From assembly GCA_964575845.1 (NCBI GenBank), contig CAZNSX010000004.1, forward strand, positions 1-64,000: 64,000 bases of DNA. The letters are read 5' to 3'. Positions 54,157 to 63,976 of the stretch are shown here, piece by piece. A program made the position numbers and the translations under genes. Under the pieces are notes generated by a model. It had not been told where the DNA came from, made no database searches, and saw only the letters and a program-made list of their open reading frames with translations. The first letter of the stretch is position 1; every line of letters begins with the position of its first letter. This DNA is from an uncultured bacterium (lineage in GTDB: Bacteria; UBA8248; CAZNSX01).

Positions 54157-55611
54157 GTGATGGGTGAATACGACAAGATCTTCGCATACATGGACGAGCA
54201 CTTTGACGAGCGGCTGGAGAAGCTCCGGGCCTACCTGCGTGTCCCCGCCATCTCACCAAAAAATGAGGGGGTGCGTGAGAGTGCGGAGATGACTCTCGGC
54301 TACATCGAGGAGCTGGGCGCCGAGGATGCTCGCTTGGTCGAAACCGAGGGCAACCCGGTCGTCTTCGGCAAGCTCTACTCCAAAAACCCCAACGCCAAGA
54401 CCCTCATCTGCTACGGCATGTACGACGTGATGCCGGTCGACGAGCCTGGGTGGGCGGTCCCGCCCTTCGAGGGTGCCATCATCGAGCCTAAGCGCATCGG
54501 CGCTCCGACCCGGTTCGGCAAGCTGCTCGTGGCTCGCGGGGTGGCCAACCAAAAGGGCCAACTCATGGTGTTCCTCAACGCGGTGGAGACCCTGCAGAAG
54601 GTGACCGGAGACATTCCCGTCAACATCATTTTCGCTGTAGAGGGCGAAGAGGAGCTGGGCAGCCCGAGCTTCCCCGAGTTCTTCCAGAAGTGCTTCGATG
54701 ACCTGAAGACGGCCGATGCCGTGCACTGGCAGGGTTTTCGCACGGACGAGGTGGGCCGCCACATGATCCAGCGCGGCTACAAGGGTTGGGTGAACCTGGA
54801 GCTCAAGGTCACCGGTGGTGACTGGGGAGGACCGGCCGGCCGCTCGCTCTTCGCAGCGGACGCGGCCTGGGTGGACGCGCCCATACCACATCTGCTGGCG
54901 GCGGTGAATACCATCATAGACAAAGACGGCAATATCTTGGTTGAGGGCTTTTACGACGATGTGCGGCCCCTCACGCCGACCGAGCGGGAGGAGATAGGGG
55001 TCGTTGAGCAGACCTTCGATGAAGCCTCCACGATGCAGAACTGGCAGATCAAGAAGTTCAAGCAAGGCCGGCCCGGCCGCGAGCTGGTGGGCAAGTACAT
55101 CACAGGCCCCCTCATCAACATAGACGGCATGGTCGGGGGCTACACGGGCCCGAAGATCTGGACCAACCTCCCGCGCACGGGGCTCATCAAGATGGACGTG
55201 CGCCTGGTTCCCGACATGACGCCCGGGGTGATAATCGAGAAGATCAAGGCGCACCTCGTCAAGCAGGGCTTTCCGGAGGTGACGGTACGGGTGCTATCCT
55301 CCTACGACTGGTGCCGCACCCCGGCGGAGGCAGAGATCATCCAGGCCGCGGTGAAGGCGACCGAGCTCCTGGGTGCACCCTACATCATGTGGCCTACCTG
55401 GGTCGGGTGCTCGCCGCTCTACATCTTCAACAAGGCCCCCCTGCACCTGCCCTTCTCCATCACGGGCATGGGCCACCGCGGGCGCTCACATCAGGCCAAT
55501 GAGTACGTGGCCGTGGAGGGCCTTCGCGAGGGCGAGCGCTATGCCGCCGCGCTCATGTGTGAATTTGCCAAGATGGGGCGCTCGCGGAAGGTGACAGAGT
55601 TGGAGTTCTGA
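54157..55611 (+). CDS. M20 family metallopeptidase (dipeptidase-like)
   Basis: 'ICYGMYDVMPVD', 'AVEGEEELGSPSF' (catalytic Glu-Glu) and a C-terminal dimerisation-domain His motif 'MGHRGRSHQANEY', typical of M20 peptidases. Confidence 0.8.
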   Translation: MMGEYDKIFAYMDEHFDERLEKLRAYLRVPAISPKNEGVRESAEMTLGYIEELGAEDARLVETEGNPVVFGKLYSKNPNAKTLICYGMYDVMPVDEPGWAVPPFEGAIIEPKRIGAPTRFGKLLVARGVANQKGQLMVFLNAVETLQKVTGDIPVNIIFAVEGEEELGSPSFPEFFQKCFDDLKTADAVHWQGFRTDEVGRHMIQRGYKGWVNLELKVTGGDWGGPAGRSLFAADAAWVDAPIPHLLAAVNTIIDKDGNILVEGFYDDVRPLTPTEREEIGVVEQTFDEASTMQNWQIKKFKQGRPGRELVGKYITGPLINIDGMVGGYTGPKIWTNLPRTGLIKMDVRLVPDMTPGVIIEKIKAHLVKQGFPEVTVRVLSSYDWCRTPAEAEIIQAAVKATELLGAPYIMWPTWVGCSPLYIFNKAPLHLPFSITGMGHRGRSHQANEYVAVEGLREGERYAAALMCEFAKMGRSRKVTELEF

Positions 55612-55667
55612 GCGCGGCCCCCCATCCCTAAATCGGACCCCCGGCGCTGAGCAGGGGCAGGGCGGAT

Positions 55668-56585
55668 ATGCGCGCGTATCTCGTTAAGCGATGCCTCCAG
55701 GCCCTCCTGGTGTTCGTCGGCATCGGCCTTGTCGTCTTCCTCTTGCTCCATCTCACGGGCGACCCCACCCTGCTCCTCCTCCCCCCCGAGGCGAGCCCCG
55801 AGGACATCGAGCTCCTGCGCAAGCAGATGGGCTTCGATGACCCGCTCTACATTCAATATTGGCGGTTCTTCAAGGGGACGCTGCGCGGGGATTTCGGCGA
55901 CTCCTTCCGCCACAACCAGCCGGCCATCGACCTGGTAATAGAGCGGGTCCCGGCCACCGTGGAGCTGGCGACGGTCGCCATGATCATCGCTCTCGCCGTG
56001 GCCCTGCCGGTGGGCATTTTCTCCGCTGTGCGTCGTGACACGAGTGTGGACCACCTGGGAATGGCCTTCGCGCTGCTCGGACAGTCAATGCCCGTATTCT
56101 GGCTGGGCCTCATGCTGGTGCTGGTCTTCTCGGTGAATCTCCACTGGCTTCCGGCCACAGGCCGCGGGGACTGGTCGCAGATCGTGCTCCCCGCCATCAC
56201 GTTGGCGATGTTCTCCATGGGTCGCATCGCGCGGCTGGTGCGCTCCGGGATGCTGGAGACCCTCAACCAGGACTACATCCGGACCGCTGAATCCAAGGGC
56301 CTCGGGCGCCGGCGGATCATCTGCATCCATGCCCTGCGTAACACTTCTGTCCAGATTATCACTATTGTGGGCATGGAGGTGGGCACGCTCCTGGGCGGAG
56401 CGGTCATCACCGAGACCATCTTCGCCTGGCCCGGCGTCGGACGCCTGGCCATCCAGGCCATCTACAACCGCGACTACCCGGTGGTACAGGCCGACGTGTT
56501 CATGCTGGCCCTGATCTTCGTTGTCATCAACCTGGTGACCGACATCCTTTACAGCTACCTCGACCCAAGGGTGCGATTCGAATGA
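55668..56585 (+). CDS. ABC transporter permease (DppB/OppB-like)
   Basis: BPD_transp_1 fold with the EAA-like motif 'IRTAESKGLGRRRIICIHALRN' and an N-terminal OppB-type extension. Confidence 0.85.
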   Translation: MRAYLVKRCLQALLVFVGIGLVVFLLLHLTGDPTLLLLPPEASPEDIELLRKQMGFDDPLYIQYWRFFKGTLRGDFGDSFRHNQPAIDLVIERVPATVELATVAMIIALAVALPVGIFSAVRRDTSVDHLGMAFALLGQSMPVFWLGLMLVLVFSVNLHWLPATGRGDWSQIVLPAITLAMFSMGRIARLVRSGMLETLNQDYIRTAESKGLGRRRIICIHALRNTSVQIITIVGMEVGTLLGGAVITETIFAWPGVGRLAIQAIYNRDYPVVQADVFMLALIFVVINLVTDILYSYLDPRVRFE

Positions 56586-57508
56586 GCGAGGAAGCACTGC
56601 GCGCATCCGCGTCGGAGGTGCCCGGCGAGAGGGGCCGTCCCGCCGAATGGCGCCGGATGCTGAGGCGGATGGGCCGGGGTGTGCTGCGAAGTCGCGGCGG
56701 ATGCTTCGGGGTGATCATGGTGATGGCCATGGTGTTCGCCGCCGCCTTGGCCCCCCACCTGGCGCCCCACAGTCCACTGACCCAGAACCTCCTCGCGCGG
56801 ACCGCGCCCCCCGCCTGGATGGCGGGCGGCTCGATGCGATATCTTTTGGGTACTGACCAGCTGGGACGCGACATCGCGAGCCGCATCATCTACGGCGCTC
56901 GGGTGAGCCTGCTGGTGGGCGTGACAGCGGTGAGCATCTCCGCTGTACTGGGCGTCCTCATCGGCCTCGTTGCGGGTTACTACAAAGGCGGCATAGACAA
57001 CTTCTTCATGCGGATCGCCGACATCCAGCTCTCATTCCCGCTCATTCTTCTAGCCATCTCGATCATCGCAGTGCTGGGGCCAACCCTCCGTAACATAATC
57101 CTCTACATGGGCATCGCCGGCTGGGTGCTCTACGCGCGGATCGTGCGGGCAGAGGTGCTCTCGCTGCGCGAGCGGGAGTTCGTCCAGGCGGTCCGCGCCG
57201 CCGGAGGTAGCGACCTTCGGATTCTCTTCCGGCACATCCTGCCGAACCTGCTCACGCCATGCATCGTCATCTCGACCCTTCAGGTCGCCCGTGTAATCAT
57301 CATGGAGTCCTCGCTGACCTTCCTGGGCCTGGGGATCCCCCCGCCCACACCCACCTGGGGTGGCATGCTGAGCGATGGCCGCGGCTACCTCTACAGCGCC
57401 TGGTGGATAGCCACATTGCCCGGCCTGGCCATCCTGCTCACCGTGCTTGGGATCAACCTGCTCGGCGACCGCCTGCGGGATGTGCTGGATCCCCGCCTGG
57501 ATGTGTGA
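56582..57508 (+). CDS. ABC transporter permease (DppC/OppC-like)
   Basis: N-terminal OppC_N-like segment and an EAA-like motif 'VQAVRAAGGSDLRILFRHILPN'. Overlaps the upstream permease by 4 nt. Confidence 0.85.
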   Translation: MSEEALRASASEVPGERGRPAEWRRMLRRMGRGVLRSRGGCFGVIMVMAMVFAAALAPHLAPHSPLTQNLLARTAPPAWMAGGSMRYLLGTDQLGRDIASRIIYGARVSLLVGVTAVSISAVLGVLIGLVAGYYKGGIDNFFMRIADIQLSFPLILLAISIIAVLGPTLRNIILYMGIAGWVLYARIVRAEVLSLREREFVQAVRAAGGSDLRILFRHILPNLLTPCIVISTLQVARVIIMESSLTFLGLGIPPPTPTWGGMLSDGRGYLYSAWWIATLPGLAILLTVLGINLLGDRLRDVLDPRLDV

Positions 57509-57790
57509 GAGCGATGAGGAAGTGGAGGCCCTCTTGGCAGAATGTGCTCCAAGCGGACTCAGCTGCCGCCATGTCAATAATCTCTCGGCACTCAGGCCTT
57601 AGCCCCCTCCAGCAATTAGGGTATAATCCCGGTTTGCTTGGAGAATCCATCTCGCGCCATACGGAGGCCGGAGGCCGACCCGGGGGAACCAGGGGCGGAG
57701 GTGCCCCCTCTCGGTTCCAGATGGACTCTCCCGAGACCCGGCGCGGTCTACGGAAATACTCCCCCGTATAAGCGGGCGGAGGGATGCATC

Positions 57791-58318
57791 ATGGATAAAA
57801 GGAGAAGGAGCTCGTCCATGCTGGTTGCAACGATCATAATGGGAGTGCTTGCCGCTATTCTTCTTTTTGTGGGCTACTCCAAGGGACAGGGCCAACATAT
57901 AGCCGGCATGAGGTCCGCTCTGACGATATTGGCCCAAATCCTTCCCTTGCTGGTCCTAGCCTTCCTCGTGGCCGGCATGGTCCAGGTTCTTCTCCCTCAA
58001 GAAGTGATATCCAAATGGGTGGGCGTGGAATCCGGCATGCGCGGGATACTCATCGGCACAGTGGCCGGCGGTTTTACCCCCGGCGGCCCCTATGTCAGCT
58101 TGCCCCTCGTTGCCGGCTTCGTACGCTCGGGCGCCAGCGTGGGAACCCTGGTTGCTTTTCTGACAGCTTGGGGGTTGTGGGGAGTCAGCCGGTTGCCGAT
58201 GGAAGTGGGGATATTGGGCTGGAGATTGACGTTCATCCGCGTTGCGAGCACCTTCTTCTTCCCGCCCATTGCCGGACTGATAGCTCAGGCACTCTTCGGA
58301 GGTAGCAAGTTTACATAA
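57791..58318 (+). CDS. Small predicted permease/membrane protein
   Basis: Four to five TM helices. Alternative start at 57818 (MLVATII) has the better RBS (AAAAGGAGAAGGAG). Confidence 0.4.
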   Translation: MDKRRRSSSMLVATIIMGVLAAILLFVGYSKGQGQHIAGMRSALTILAQILPLLVLAFLVAGMVQVLLPQEVISKWVGVESGMRGILIGTVAGGFTPGGPYVSLPLVAGFVRSGASVGTLVAFLTAWGLWGVSRLPMEVGILGWRLTFIRVASTFFFPPIAGLIAQALFGGSKFT

Positions 58319-58447
58319 GAGCTCAATTCCCGGCGCCCGCAAACCCGCTAAAAAATCTTTTAGCGGGCGGCCCACAAGCGGGAGAGAGAGGTTCCCGCTT
58401 TCGGCATACGCCGATGAAAAGCCATATCACAAGGGAGGAAAGGAAGG

Positions 58448-58744
58448 ATGGGGAAGCCGTTTTTCGTCGATCTGATGGAGAAAAATGACCTGGAACTGTT
58501 GAAGAATATGAGCTCCCTCCGCGAGTTTGCGATGAAGGAGGGTGCCCTCCCGGCAAAGGTGAAGATTCTGATGTGCCTTCTGGCCGACGCGATACTCGGT
58601 CACCCCGAAGGCGTAAAGGCCCTTGCCGAGGAGGCCCGTACCCAGGGAGCCACCGAGGGGGAGATCGCTGAGACCGTGCGCATGGCCTTTTTCCTCGGCG
58701 GCCTGCCCGGCCTCGTCGTCGGAACCTTCGCCTTTCAGGGGTAG
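58448..58744 (+). CDS. Carboxymuconolactone decarboxylase (AhpD-like) family protein
   Basis: 'ALPAKVKILMCLLADAILGHPEGVKALAEEA...GATEGEIAETV' resembles the CMD/AhpD core helix pair with a conserved Cys..His. Confidence 0.7.
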   Translation: MGKPFFVDLMEKNDLELLKNMSSLREFAMKEGALPAKVKILMCLLADAILGHPEGVKALAEEARTQGATEGEIAETVRMAFFLGGLPGLVVGTFAFQG

Positions 58745-59065
58745 CCGGGGTGGGGTGAGGCTGAGTCTCACCCCTATCCACCAAGGATATTCACGCCACG
58801 GCCGCGACCCGCCCGAAGGCTAACTCTCATCTCTTTCCCGAGGGAGCCCACCCGCCGAGAATCCCACTTTTCAGGGCCATCATGCCCCTGAAAAAAATTT
58901 ATGAAATCGCCTTTTCCCCGGAATTTTGACCGCCCGCCAGTTGTTCATAAAGCCATAAGGAGACTCCCATGGGGAAGAGTGGCGATTCGAAGTAAGACCC
59001 TGCATTAGGGTCCTGGTAGTTAACACTTGGTCAATCGCTTTACCCTCAAAAAAAGGAGAAAAATA

Positions 59066-59326
59066 ATGAGAATGGCTCTGACCGTGTTGGCAATCACCTC
59101 ATTTGTTGTCCTGACCCTTGGCTCAAGCCTGGCTCTTGCCGGAGGGGCCTCCGCTTGTAAGACCGAGATCGAGCGAGCAGAGGCGAAGCTGGCCGAGGTG
59201 CAGGATAGAGAGATGCGCATGCAAGCTGAGGGATGGCTGCTGAAGGCCAAGGGCTCGCACAACCTCGCCAACTATTGGGATTGCGAGGAAGAGGCGGCAA
59301 AAGCCCTCAAGGTGATTGCAAAGTAA
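59066..59326 (+). CDS. Small secreted hypothetical protein
   Basis: Strong RBS (AAAAAGGAGAAAAATA), a signal peptide 'MRMALTVLAITSFVVLTLGSSLALAGG', and two Cys. Confidence 0.4.
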   Translation: MRMALTVLAITSFVVLTLGSSLALAGGASACKTEIERAEAKLAEVQDREMRMQAEGWLLKAKGSHNLANYWDCEEEAAKALKVIAK

Positions 59327-59465
59327 CGCCGCCCCTGAAACATTCAGGGAGCAAAGCCTCACGTTGATGTAACTATAGCCCTGCAACAAAGCCTGGCGAC
59401 GGGGATGTCGCCGGGCTTTTTCATTCATGTGCAGCTAGCTACACGACTAGCTCTGGGGGCCTCTT

Positions 59466-60830
59466 CTACTTCCCGAGGCAGAACTCGCTGAAAATCCTGT
59501 CCAGGACCTCTTCCCCGTGAGTTCTTCCGAGAAGGCCCCCCAGGGCCTCGAGGGCCTCGTTGAGATCGAGGGCCACGAGCTCGGGGGAGAGCCCCCGCCG
59601 AAGCCCCCGGCCTGCCGCCTCAAGGCGCTCCCTCGCGCAGGAGACGGCAAGACGGTGGCGCTCGCGGGTGAGAAGGGCCCCGGCCCGCTCATCTCCTTCT
59701 CCGAGAAGGACTCTTGCTATGGCCTCCTCCAGGCCATCGAGGCCCGTGCCCTCTTTGGCCGAAAGCAAGAGCGCGGGTTTTTCCGGAAGGAGCTCGGCAA
59801 GAGCCCCCTCTTCAAGCCGCCGCGGGAGGTCTATCTTGTTCACGGCGACCATGGCCCGTCTCCCTTCGAGGTCCCCTGCAATCTCCCTGTCAGTCTCTGT
59901 GAGGGGCTCCGAGCCGTCAAGCACAAGGAGAACGAGGTCTGCGGCCTCGATGGCCCGGCGGGTTCTCTCGATGCCCGCCCTCTCCACCTCCCCGCCTCCC
60001 CGCCTGAGGCCCGCCGTGTCTATGATGGTCAGCGGCAGGCCCCTTATCTCTGCATCCTCCTCGATGGTATCCCGCGTGGTCCCCGGCAGGGTGCTTATTA
60101 TGGCCCTCTCTTCCCTGAGGAGAGCGTTCAGGAGAGAGGATTTCCCCACATTGGGCCTCCCCACAATGGCGAGCCTCGCGCCCTCCCTGAAGAGCCTTCC
60201 CCGGCGGAAGCCCTGCTCCAGGGCGGCGAGCCTGTCGATGATGCCCTCGGCCTCACAAGCTATGGCCTCTGTCTCAAGCTCCTCCTCGATGTCCTCGGGG
60301 AAATCTATGGCCGCCTCAAGCCTTGAGGCAAGGGATATCATCCTCTCCCAGAGGGGCTCAAGCCTCTGCGAGAGGCCACCCTCAAGCTGACGCAGCGCAG
60401 CCCTGAGGCTCGCTTCTGTCTCCGCGCCTATCACATCGGCCACAGCCTCCGCCTGAAGGAGGTCGAGCCGGCCGTTGAGGAAGGCCCGCCGCGTGAACTC
60501 CCCGGGCTCGGCGAGCCTGGCTCCCCGGCCGAGGAGAAGGGAAAGCACCGCGCTCAGCGTTGCCCTCCCCCCGTGGCAGGAGAGTTCGACCACATCCTCT
60601 CCCGTATAGCTCCGGGGGGCTTTCATGTAAGTGATGAGGACCTCGTCCAGGGGCACCCCCCCCTCCCCCACGAGCTTCCCGAAGGAAACCCTCCTGGGCA
60701 CGAGGGGCTTCCTCCCCTGAAAGACCCCCTCCGCCAGCGCAAGAGCCCTGGGGCCGCTCATGCGCACTATCCCCAGGGCACCGCGGCCGGGAGGGGTTGC
60801 TACTGCGACTATGGTGTCGGCTTGCTTCAC
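59466..60830 (-). CDS. mnmE: tRNA modification GTPase MnmE (TrmE)
   Basis: G-domain motifs 'GRPNVGKSSLLNAL', 'DTAGLR', 'NKID', and the C-terminal 'CLGK' tetrapeptide characteristic of MnmE. Confidence 0.9.
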   Translation of the reverse strand: MKQADTIVAVATPPGRGALGIVRMSGPRALALAEGVFQGRKPLVPRRVSFGKLVGEGGVPLDEVLITYMKAPRSYTGEDVVELSCHGGRATLSAVLSLLLGRGARLAEPGEFTRRAFLNGRLDLLQAEAVADVIGAETEASLRAALRQLEGGLSQRLEPLWERMISLASRLEAAIDFPEDIEEELETEAIACEAEGIIDRLAALEQGFRRGRLFREGARLAIVGRPNVGKSSLLNALLREERAIISTLPGTTRDTIEEDAEIRGLPLTIIDTAGLRRGGGEVERAGIERTRRAIEAADLVLLVLDGSEPLTETDREIAGDLEGRRAMVAVNKIDLPRRLEEGALAELLPEKPALLLSAKEGTGLDGLEEAIARVLLGEGDERAGALLTRERHRLAVSCARERLEAAGRGLRRGLSPELVALDLNEALEALGGLLGRTHGEEVLDRIFSEFCLGK

Positions 60831-60985
60831 GAGTTCATGAGCCTCCCCGGTGACTCTTCTCTGGTTTTAATCTCCTCGATATTATGATTCAATTCATTTT
60901 CGCCGAAATGCTATATTCTTCGCAAGGCTCGCGCCTGAGGTCGCTGGCGCAACGGAAACCACAACCACCCCGGGAGAGATGAGCC

Positions 60986-62014
60986 GTGTCAGAGCTCCGC
61001 CATGACCCTATTCAGCGGCGCTGGGTGATAATCTCATCTGAGCGCAAGAAGAGGCCTTCCGATTTCAAGCCTGAGATGCACTCCCCGGCGGCGGGCGGCT
61101 CGTGCCCGTTTGACGAGGGAAACGAGGGCATGACCCCGCCCGAGGTATTCGCCCTGAGGGCCGAAGGCACCCGCCCGAACGGGCCGGGGTGGCTCGTGAG
61201 GGTGGTTCCAAACAGGTTCCCGGCGCTGGCCGCAGATGGGGACTTGGGGCGGAGGGAGGTCGGCCTCTACCACGTGATGGACGGCGTGGGCGCCCACGAG
61301 GTCATCATCGAGACGCCGGTCCATGGGGTGCACCTCGCCGATATGAGCGCTGAGCATCTGGCAGAGGTTCTCTCCGTCTACCAGGCACGCCTGGTCGAGC
61401 TCTTCAAAGACCGCCGCTTCCGCTACGCGCTCATCTTCAAGAACCACGGCCGGGTGGCGGGCGCCTCCCTCACACACTCACACACCCAGCTGATCGCCAC
61501 CCCCATAACTCCAAGGACGGTTGCCATGGAGCTGCTCTCAGCCCTCGAACACTACCGCGCCAAGGGCAGATGCCTCTTCTGCGACATCATGAGGGATGAG
61601 CTCGCGAGCGGCGAGAGGGTCGTGGCTGCGGATTCAGGCTATCTCGCCATCGCGCCCTTTGCCTCGCGCTTTCCCTTCGAGCTCTTCATCGCGCCCAGAG
61701 TCCACAGCCACAGCTTTGCAGCCCTGTCCCGGCCGGAGCTCACGGCCCTCGCCTCCTTCCTGAGGGATATCATAGGACGGGTGAGGAACGCCCTCGATGA
61801 CCCCCCTTATAACTTCGTCTTCCACATCGAGCCAAACGTGGGGGCGGAGCCCCACCGGCCCGGCTATTGGGAGACCCTGCGCTCTGACTTCCACTGGCAC
61901 ATCGAGATAATCCCGCGTCTCACCCGCATCGCGGGCTTTGAGTGGGGGACGGGCTTCTACATAAACCCCGTGCCTCCAGAGGAGGCGGCGAGGGTGTTGA
62001 GGGAGAGGGATTAG
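60986..62014 (+). CDS. galT: Galactose-1-phosphate uridylyltransferase (GalT, HIT superfamily)
   Basis: Zn-site 'CPFDEG', 'VRVVPNRFPA', and the active site 'HSHTQLIA' (His-x-His-x-Gln) of type 1 GalT. Confidence 0.85.
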   Translation: MSELRHDPIQRRWVIISSERKKRPSDFKPEMHSPAAGGSCPFDEGNEGMTPPEVFALRAEGTRPNGPGWLVRVVPNRFPALAADGDLGRREVGLYHVMDGVGAHEVIIETPVHGVHLADMSAEHLAEVLSVYQARLVELFKDRRFRYALIFKNHGRVAGASLTHSHTQLIATPITPRTVAMELLSALEHYRAKGRCLFCDIMRDELASGERVVAADSGYLAIAPFASRFPFELFIAPRVHSHSFAALSRPELTALASFLRDIIGRVRNALDDPPYNFVFHIEPNVGAEPHRPGYWETLRSDFHWHIEIIPRLTRIAGFEWGTGFYINPVPPEEAARVLRERD

Positions 62015-62175
62015 GCCGGGGCCCCGCAGCTTTTCCCTTTTTCCCTTAAAATCAGCCTGGACAGGAAGCGAGGCTGGCTGATATGATAACTATATGCTTT
62101 TTCAAGCTTTAATCCCCCCGCTTGCGCCCCTTGGGGGGAAGCGACCCCGGGGGAACTCCACCAGGGAAGAGGGAA

Positions 62176-63447
62176 ATGATAAGCATTTCGAGGCTTTACT
62201 GCGATGAGTTGACCGCGGCGGATGGCCTCCGCTACGGCCGCCGCGGCGATGAGAGCCCCCACTCGGCGCAGGCCCATGCGGTCGCTCGCTCGGCCGCCGA
62301 GAGGCGGCCCGTGACCGTCTGGAACTCGACCCGTACCTGCAACCTTCACTGCATCCACTGCTATACGGATTCCGAGTGCAGGGCATATCCCGATGAGCTC
62401 TCGACCGAGGAGGCCAAGGAAATGACCCGGGACCTCGCCTCCTTCGAGATACCGGCCCTTCTCTTCTCCGGGGGAGAGCCCCTCGCCCGGAAGGACCTCT
62501 TCGAGCTCATCAACTATGCGAGGGGCCTGGGCCTCAGGCCCGTTCTTTCCACTAACGGCACCCTGATAACGGGTGATGTGGCCCGCCGCCTCAAGGAGGC
62601 GGGTGTCATCTACGTGGGCATAAGCCTGGACGGCCTGGAAGGGGTGAACGACCACTTCAGGGGGGTCGAGGGGGCCTTCAGCCGGGCCATGGAGGGCTTC
62701 CGCGCGTGCCATTCCGAGGGCCAGAGGGTGGGCCTCAGGCTGACCCTCACCCGCCACAACTTCCGGGACCTCCACGGCATCTTCGACCTCATCGAGAGGG
62801 AGGGCATCCAGCGGGCCTGCTTCTACCATCTGGTCTATTCAGGAAGGGGGCACGGGATAGCCCGGGATGACCTGACCCACAGGGAGACCCGCGAGGCCAT
62901 CGACATCATCCTCGAGCGCACGGAGGACTTCCATAAGAGGGGCGTTAAGAAGGACATCCTCACGGTTGATAACCACGTGGACGGCATCTACCTCTACATG
63001 AGGCTCAACGAGAAGGAGCCAGAGCGGGCGGAGGAGGTTTTGAAGCTTCTCACCTGGAACGGGGGCGGCACCTACAGCTCCGGCGTCGGTATCGCCGACA
63101 TAGACTTCCGGGGGGACGTCCACCCCGACCAGTTCTGGATGCACCACAGCTTCGGGAACGTGAGGGAGCGGCCCTTCAGCCGGATCTGGACCGACACCTC
63201 TGACCCCCTCATGGCCGGGCTCAAAGACCGGAAGCCCCTTCTCAAGGGCAGATGCGGCGCCTGCCGATGGATAGATGCCTGCGGGGGCTCCATGAGGGTC
63301 AGGGCCGAGGCCGTGTTCCGCGACCCCTGGGCGCCCGAGCCCGCCTGCTACCTCACGGATGAGGAGATAGGGCTCGGGGAGGATAAGAAGGGGGTTCTCA
63401 AGGCCAAGGGTGAGGAGTTCGCCTTTCCTCAGGCGCTTTTGAAATGA
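62176..63447 (+). CDS. Radical SAM/SPASM domain protein (NirJ/AhbC/AhbD-like)
   Basis: 'CNLHCIHC' CxxxCxxC radical SAM motif, 'LLFSGGEPL', and a C-terminal Cys-rich SPASM region ('GRCGACRWIDACGG'). Resembles alternative heme biosynthesis (Ahb) and NirJ enzymes. Confidence 0.75.
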   Translation: MISISRLYCDELTAADGLRYGRRGDESPHSAQAHAVARSAAERRPVTVWNSTRTCNLHCIHCYTDSECRAYPDELSTEEAKEMTRDLASFEIPALLFSGGEPLARKDLFELINYARGLGLRPVLSTNGTLITGDVARRLKEAGVIYVGISLDGLEGVNDHFRGVEGAFSRAMEGFRACHSEGQRVGLRLTLTRHNFRDLHGIFDLIEREGIQRACFYHLVYSGRGHGIARDDLTHRETREAIDIILERTEDFHKRGVKKDILTVDNHVDGIYLYMRLNEKEPERAEEVLKLLTWNGGGTYSSGVGIADIDFRGDVHPDQFWMHHSFGNVRERPFSRIWTDTSDPLMAGLKDRKPLLKGRCGACRWIDACGGSMRVRAEAVFRDPWAPEPACYLTDEEIGLGEDKKGVLKAKGEEFAFPQALLK

Positions 63448-63459
63448 TGGGGACAAGTC

Positions 63460-63527
63460 GGGTAGGGCGAGGCTGCGCCTCGCTGTTATTTAACTTTGCC
63501 TGATCACGGCGCGACTGTGAGCTACCC
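63460..63527. repeat. Diverged inverted-repeat copy of the GGGTAG...GCGCC element (arms 63460-63479 and 63508-63527, 28-bp spacer)
   Basis: The left arm GGGTAGGGCGAGGCTGCGCC matches the 33317 repeat at 17/20. The right arm GGCGCGACTGTGAGCTACCC is its imperfect reverse complement. Confidence 0.55.
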
Positions 63528-63628
63528 GGCTGTCATGGAAAAATCCCTATGCAGACTTTCTTGGAGGGTATCAAACTGGCTAAGGATAAGAGGCTGGCGT
63601 AACCGTCAACGAGGGGGTACTTGTCAAC

Positions 63629-63976
63629 TCAAGTATCGGTCAGGACACTTTTTTGTTTCAGGGTTTTTGTGATTCCTTCTTTATGTTCTTTTAGGAATCT
63701 TCCGAAGGCGAATAATCCTTTGTCTATCGTTCTCAGGTCTAGTGACGTCTCATTTCTCAGCTTTGTGACGTAGGAAAAGTATTCCCGGTAGAGGTTTATG
63801 TCGTCTTTTGTGAAGGTTCTGTCGGTAATCTCCGCGCTTTTTAGAAAGAAATAAGCTCTGTAGACGTGCTGGTCGAAGATCGGGAACTCGTCCGGCCTTG
63901 CTAGGTGCATCAGAAATATCTTCCAAATCAGACCTGCCCTTACGATTTCTGAAACCAAAGAGTAAAGCTCATGCAC
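63629..63976 (-). CDS. Hypothetical protein, AT-rich gene at window edge
   Basis: Low-GC ORF with no recognisable family; the N-terminus may extend beyond the window. Confidence 0.3.
   Translation of the reverse strand: MHELYSLVSEIVRAGLIWKIFLMHLARPDEFPIFDQHVYRAYFFLKSAEITDRTFTKDDINLYREYFSYVTKLRNETSLDLRTIDKGLFAFGRFLKEHKEGITKTLKQKSVLTDT

Noticed and set aside
52384-55254. Series of 280-333-aa minus-strand ORFs across the SBP and M20 peptidase genes
   Set aside because: Antisense to strongly supported plus-strand genes; compositionally biased, with no recognisable motifs.
62011-63456. 272-aa and 205-aa minus-strand ORFs across the radical SAM gene
   Set aside because: Antisense to a gene with an unambiguous CxxxCxxC/SPASM signature.
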